A DNA stretch of 64,000 nucleotides. It comes from Dehalococcoidia bacterium. Its GTDB lineage: Bacteria; Chloroflexota; Dehalococcoidia; Lucifugimonadales; UBA3495. The DNA lies in assembly GCA_963664175.2 (NCBI GenBank), contig CAXXOI010000013.1, positions 9,784-73,783 on the forward strand, in the 5' to 3' direction. Positions 61,096 to 64,000 of the stretch are shown in pieces. Numbering within the stretch: the first letter of the stretch is position 1; each line of letters opens with the position of its first letter. The notes beneath the pieces are model-generated. The model did not search any database. It was not told the origin of the DNA and saw only the letters and a program-made list of their open reading frames with translations. The translations under genes and the position numbers were made by a program.

Positions 61096-61533
61096 GTGAT
61101 ACAACTCACCGACGAAATGAAACGCCTGGTGAACAACGCCCGGGAGGACGGGTTTCCCAGCATCGTGGCGACCGCCTCCGCTGACGGCACGCCCAACGCC
61201 GGCTACATCGGCACCGTGCTGGCGGTGGACGACTCCACGTTCGTCTACAGGGACCGCACCCGCCGTCAGCCGCTGGAACACATCGAAGAAAACGCCAAGG
61301 TCATCTTGCTGTTTCGGAACGCCACCGTTGACGCGGGGTGGAAGTTCCGATGCACCGCCAGCGTTGAGCGACAGGGAGCTGTGTATTACGAGATGACGCA
61401 ACGCCTTGCCGACGCCGGGCTGATCAACGACCCCGAGATGGTGGGTGCCGCTATCGTGGTGCTGCGCATCGATCAGGTGCTGACGCTGTTCGGAGAGGTG
61501 CTGCAGGAACGAGAACCGGGAATGCGGTGGTAA
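61096..61533 (+). CDS. Pyridoxamine 5'-phosphate oxidase-family (split-barrel flavin/deazaflavin-binding) protein
   Basis: FPSIVATASADGTPNAGYIGTV...VILLFRN pattern typical of the PNPOx-like fold. Assignment by eye. Confidence 0.65.
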   Translation: MIQLTDEMKRLVNNAREDGFPSIVATASADGTPNAGYIGTVLAVDDSTFVYRDRTRRQPLEHIEENAKVILLFRNATVDAGWKFRCTASVERQGAVYYEMTQRLADAGLINDPEMVGAAIVVLRIDQVLTLFGEVLQEREPGMRW

Positions 61534-61623
61534 GCCGAAATTAACCACAGACGGCACAGAGACCACGCAGAACAATTGAGTTTAATCTCTGCGCGCTCCG
61601 TGTTCTGTTTGGTTAATTCCCAG

Positions 61624-61869
61624 CTAGGCGGCTATTTTGACCCTGTCGAACTGGTCTGGGTTGAGGTTGAAGGACCGACCCAGGCGCTCCCAGCGGATCA
61701 CCAGCCAGTGCAGTCCCGCGCCGGTGCGCCGGACGGTTGTGACCTCACCGATGTCGCCGACCTGGATAGTGTGGCCGGCTCCCTCCACGGGAGCGCCCAT
61801 GCTCACCCTGACCGAGAACTCCTGGACCGCCTCAACCTTGGTCCCAGCCTCAAACGCTTCGCAACTCAT
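61624..61869 (-). CDS. Hypothetical small protein (81 aa)
   Basis: ORF track only. Confidence 0.35.
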   Translation of the reverse strand: MSCEAFEAGTKVEAVQEFSVRVSMGAPVEGAGHTIQVGDIGEVTTVRRTGAGLHWLVIRWERLGRSFNLNPDQFDRVKIAA

Positions 61870-61950
61870 CTCGCTTGCACCCTGCCCTGCCTGTTGCGGG
61901 GCAGGAATCTCCTCGTAAAATGACCGGTTTCCAGAGACAGCCGGGCCGGC

Positions 61951-62994
61951 TCAGGCCAGGTTGGGCGCCACCTCTTCCATCATCAGCCGCAGGCTGTTGG
62001 CCTGGTTCTCCAGGGGAATGAGGTTACCCAAGTTGATCTCAAACATTACCTGATCGAGGCCCAACTCCGCTCCCAGCGAGTTGAGCTTGTCCGTAACCGC
62101 TTCGGGGGTGCCGTAGGCCACCTTGTCGCGCAGCCAGTCGTCGTAGGTCATATTGCGCACGCGATCAGCCTGGGCTCCCCAGTCCCCTAGAGTTCCAAGA
62201 CGTCCAGCGTAGCTTCCCACCCGGTCGGACAGGCGGCCCATAGAGAAGAGCGCGCTGTCCATCGGCTCGTCATGGGCCTTTTGGGCGTCGTGCGACAGGT
62301 AGATGGGTATCCGCAAGCCCACCTTGGCCTCGCCCTCGTGGCCAGCGGCCTTCCAGGCGGCGCGGTATTCGTCAATGGAGGACTTCAGCTCGGGCAGCGC
62401 AAACACCCGCGAGGGATTGATCAGGATGTCGAATCCCATTCGCCCCAGAATCGGGAAACTTTCGGCGGAGGTAACGCCCACCCGGATGGGCGGATGCGGC
62501 TGCTGGTAGGGCTTGGGGCTCACCGACATCTCGGGGAGGGTGAAGTGCTCGCCCTCGAAGGAGAAGCTGTCGGTGGTCCAGGCCTTGAGGATGATCTCAA
62601 TACTCTCCTCGAAACGGCCCCGGCTTTCCTCGAACGGCACCCCGAATCCCTCGTGAACATTGGGGAAAGTGCCCCGCCCGATACCGAACTCCACGCGGCC
62701 GTCGCTGATCTGGTCCAGCGTCGCGATCTCCTCGGCGACACGGACCGGGTTGGCCAGCGGCAGCAGCAGCACGGCCGTTCCGACGCGGATGTTCTTTGTC
62801 CTGGCGGCAATGGCGGTCAGGATGGCCACGGGGCTGGCAAGTACCCTTGCGGGATTGAAATGATACTCGGCCATCCAAACGGAGGGCACTCCCAGGTCCT
62901 CGGCCTGATCGACGAGAGCGAAGGACTCCTTGAAGGCTTCGTTTTCGTTGGAACCCTCCCGTACAGGGAACTCCAGGAACAGTCCGAGTTCCAT
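61951..62994 (-). CDS. LLM-class (luciferase-like) flavin/F420-dependent oxidoreductase
   Basis: Start ATG at 62994 (MELGLFLEFPV...). VWMAEYHF, GTAVLLLPLANPVRVAEEIATLDQISDGRVEFGIGRG are typical LLM motifs. Confidence 0.85.
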   Translation of the reverse strand: MELGLFLEFPVREGSNENEAFKESFALVDQAEDLGVPSVWMAEYHFNPARVLASPVAILTAIAARTKNIRVGTAVLLLPLANPVRVAEEIATLDQISDGRVEFGIGRGTFPNVHEGFGVPFEESRGRFEESIEIILKAWTTDSFSFEGEHFTLPEMSVSPKPYQQPHPPIRVGVTSAESFPILGRMGFDILINPSRVFALPELKSSIDEYRAAWKAAGHEGEAKVGLRIPIYLSHDAQKAHDEPMDSALFSMGRLSDRVGSYAGRLGTLGDWGAQADRVRNMTYDDWLRDKVAYGTPEAVTDKLNSLGAELGLDQVMFEINLGNLIPLENQANSLRLMMEEVAPNLA

Positions 62995-63201
62995 GACAAC
63001 CTCCGCTGCCAAGCCCGCAGTGCATTTGCCACACGGGCGGGTGGATAGTGCGGTTGATTGTACAGGGTGAGCAACGGCCGTCAAGCTGCAGCGGTCAGCC
63101 CTTGGTTCAGGTTTTGATGCACCGGCTGGCAAGGCTCGACTGCGACAAACTCACGACCCGTCCTGCATCACCATGGCCTCCCAGTACCTGGATCCCATGG
63201 A

Positions 63202-64000
63202 TCATCTGGCGACCTGACCATCCCCCCGGAGAGGTGGCCTCGTCTGCCGGAGTTGCATATGCGGCTGGACCACCACCTTGAGCGACTCGGAGGCATCCGC
63301 GGTGAGCTGGAAGCCAACGCCTGTCTCCTCCAGCGGCAGGCGATGGGAGATCATGTCGCCAACCTGAACGCGACCCGAGGCGATGAGGTCCAGAGCGGTG
63401 GTGAGATCGCCGGGTGCTGCAGCATAGGTGGTGGCGAGGGTGGCCCCGTTTCGGAAGAAAACATCGTTAATCGAAATCGGCAATTCGACGCCCGGCTCGG
63501 TGGGCGCGTAGAAAAGCACCGTCCCATCGCGGTCCACCGAATCCAGGGCCTGGTGCAGGGCGGGACGGGCCCCGGTTGCCACTATCACCACGTCGGCCAG
63601 GCGCCCGTCATTGACCTCGCGCAGCTTGTCCGGCGTGAACTGATCGGCCCGCAGTGTCTCGTCGGCGCCGAAGCGTCGGGCGGCCTCCAGGCGGAAGTCC
63701 GACAGATCGGTGGACACGATTCTTCCTGCCCCCACGGCGCGGGCAAGGTTAATGTGAAGCAGCCCGGCAAGACCGCTGCCCAGCACCAGCACAGACTGGC
63801 CCGGCAGAAGGTTGGCGCGGCGCTGGCCTCGGTAGACGCAGGCCAAGGGCTCGGCAACGGAGGCCTCGGGTAGGGTTACTCCGGGAGGAATAGGGATGGC
63901 GCCCCGGTCCACGTTGATTGCCGGGAGCCGGACATACTCGCAGAAACCGCCGGGGTCGAAGTTGGTGGCGCGCAGCGTATCGCAAACGGTGTGGCTTCCG
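63202..64000 (-). CDS. Zinc-type (MDR) alcohol/polyol dehydrogenase; N-terminus off the window
   Basis: EPLACVY, VLVLGSGLAGLLHINLARAVGA (Rossmann GxGxxG). The reading frame stays open to base 64000. Confidence 0.8.
   Translation of the reverse strand, partial: GSHTVCDTLRATNFDPGGFCEYVRLPAINVDRGAIPIPPGVTLPEASVAEPLACVYRGQRRANLLPGQSVLVLGSGLAGLLHINLARAVGAGRIVSTDLSDFRLEAARRFGADETLRADQFTPDKLREVNDGRLADVVIVATGARPALHQALDSVDRDGTVLFYAPTEPGVELPISINDVFFRNGATLATTYAAAPGDLTTALDLIASGRVQVGDMISHRLPLEETGVGFQLTADASESLKVVVQPHMQLRQTRPPLRGDGQVAR

Overview
High-GC (about 60% by eye) bacterial chromosomal window. The taxon is only a guess: possibly a marine Chloroflexota/SAR202-like organism, based on an rdhA-like fragment, LSGEIPPELG-type LRR lipoproteins, LLM-class enzymes and TRAP binding proteins. 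Layout: (i) Left flank: a D-aminoacylase gene (1-1591, minus, runs off the window). (ii) A mosaic, heavily decayed genomic island of about 47.4 kb (3864-51305) inserted in tRNA-Sec (selC, 51306-51402). It is bounded by a 39-nt duplicate of the tRNA 5' half (3825-3863) and by two near-identical direct copies of a 1.65-kb unit holding a small ORF and a tyrosine integrase (2213-3863 and 49674-51344). Both integrases are pseudogenes. (iii) Right flank (51.4-64 kb): ordinary transport and redox genes. The island carries a defence cluster at 5.3-16.4 kb: a Cas4-like nuclease, a Type III R-M operon, then an uncharacterised 294-aa protein and a UvrD-like helicase with a RelE-like N-terminal domain. 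In the R-M operon a VapC PIN toxin sits between res and mod, and the Res C-terminus carries what looks like the toxin-binding tail of a Phd/YefM-type antitoxin. I rank this arrangement as the best candidate for an undescribed system. The island also holds an 1867-aa helicase-Vsr nuclease (Hhe-like) next to tyrosine recombinase remnants. A recD2 gene is split by a ~13.6 kb insertion bounded by IS remnants; the insertion carries giant and paralogous secreted proteins. Also present are a PaREP1/HEPN-like gene pair and an IS5-family element. Two genes have an in-frame TGA exactly at a redox-active Cys position, each followed by a hairpin. These are candidate selenoproteins: a BCP/PrxQ-like peroxiredoxin (27566-28024) and an AhpD-like protein (60444-61085). 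No CRISPR array or rRNA was seen. Many long ORFs in the track are antisense or frame shadows typical of high-GC DNA. All calls come from reading translations by eye; no database search was run.
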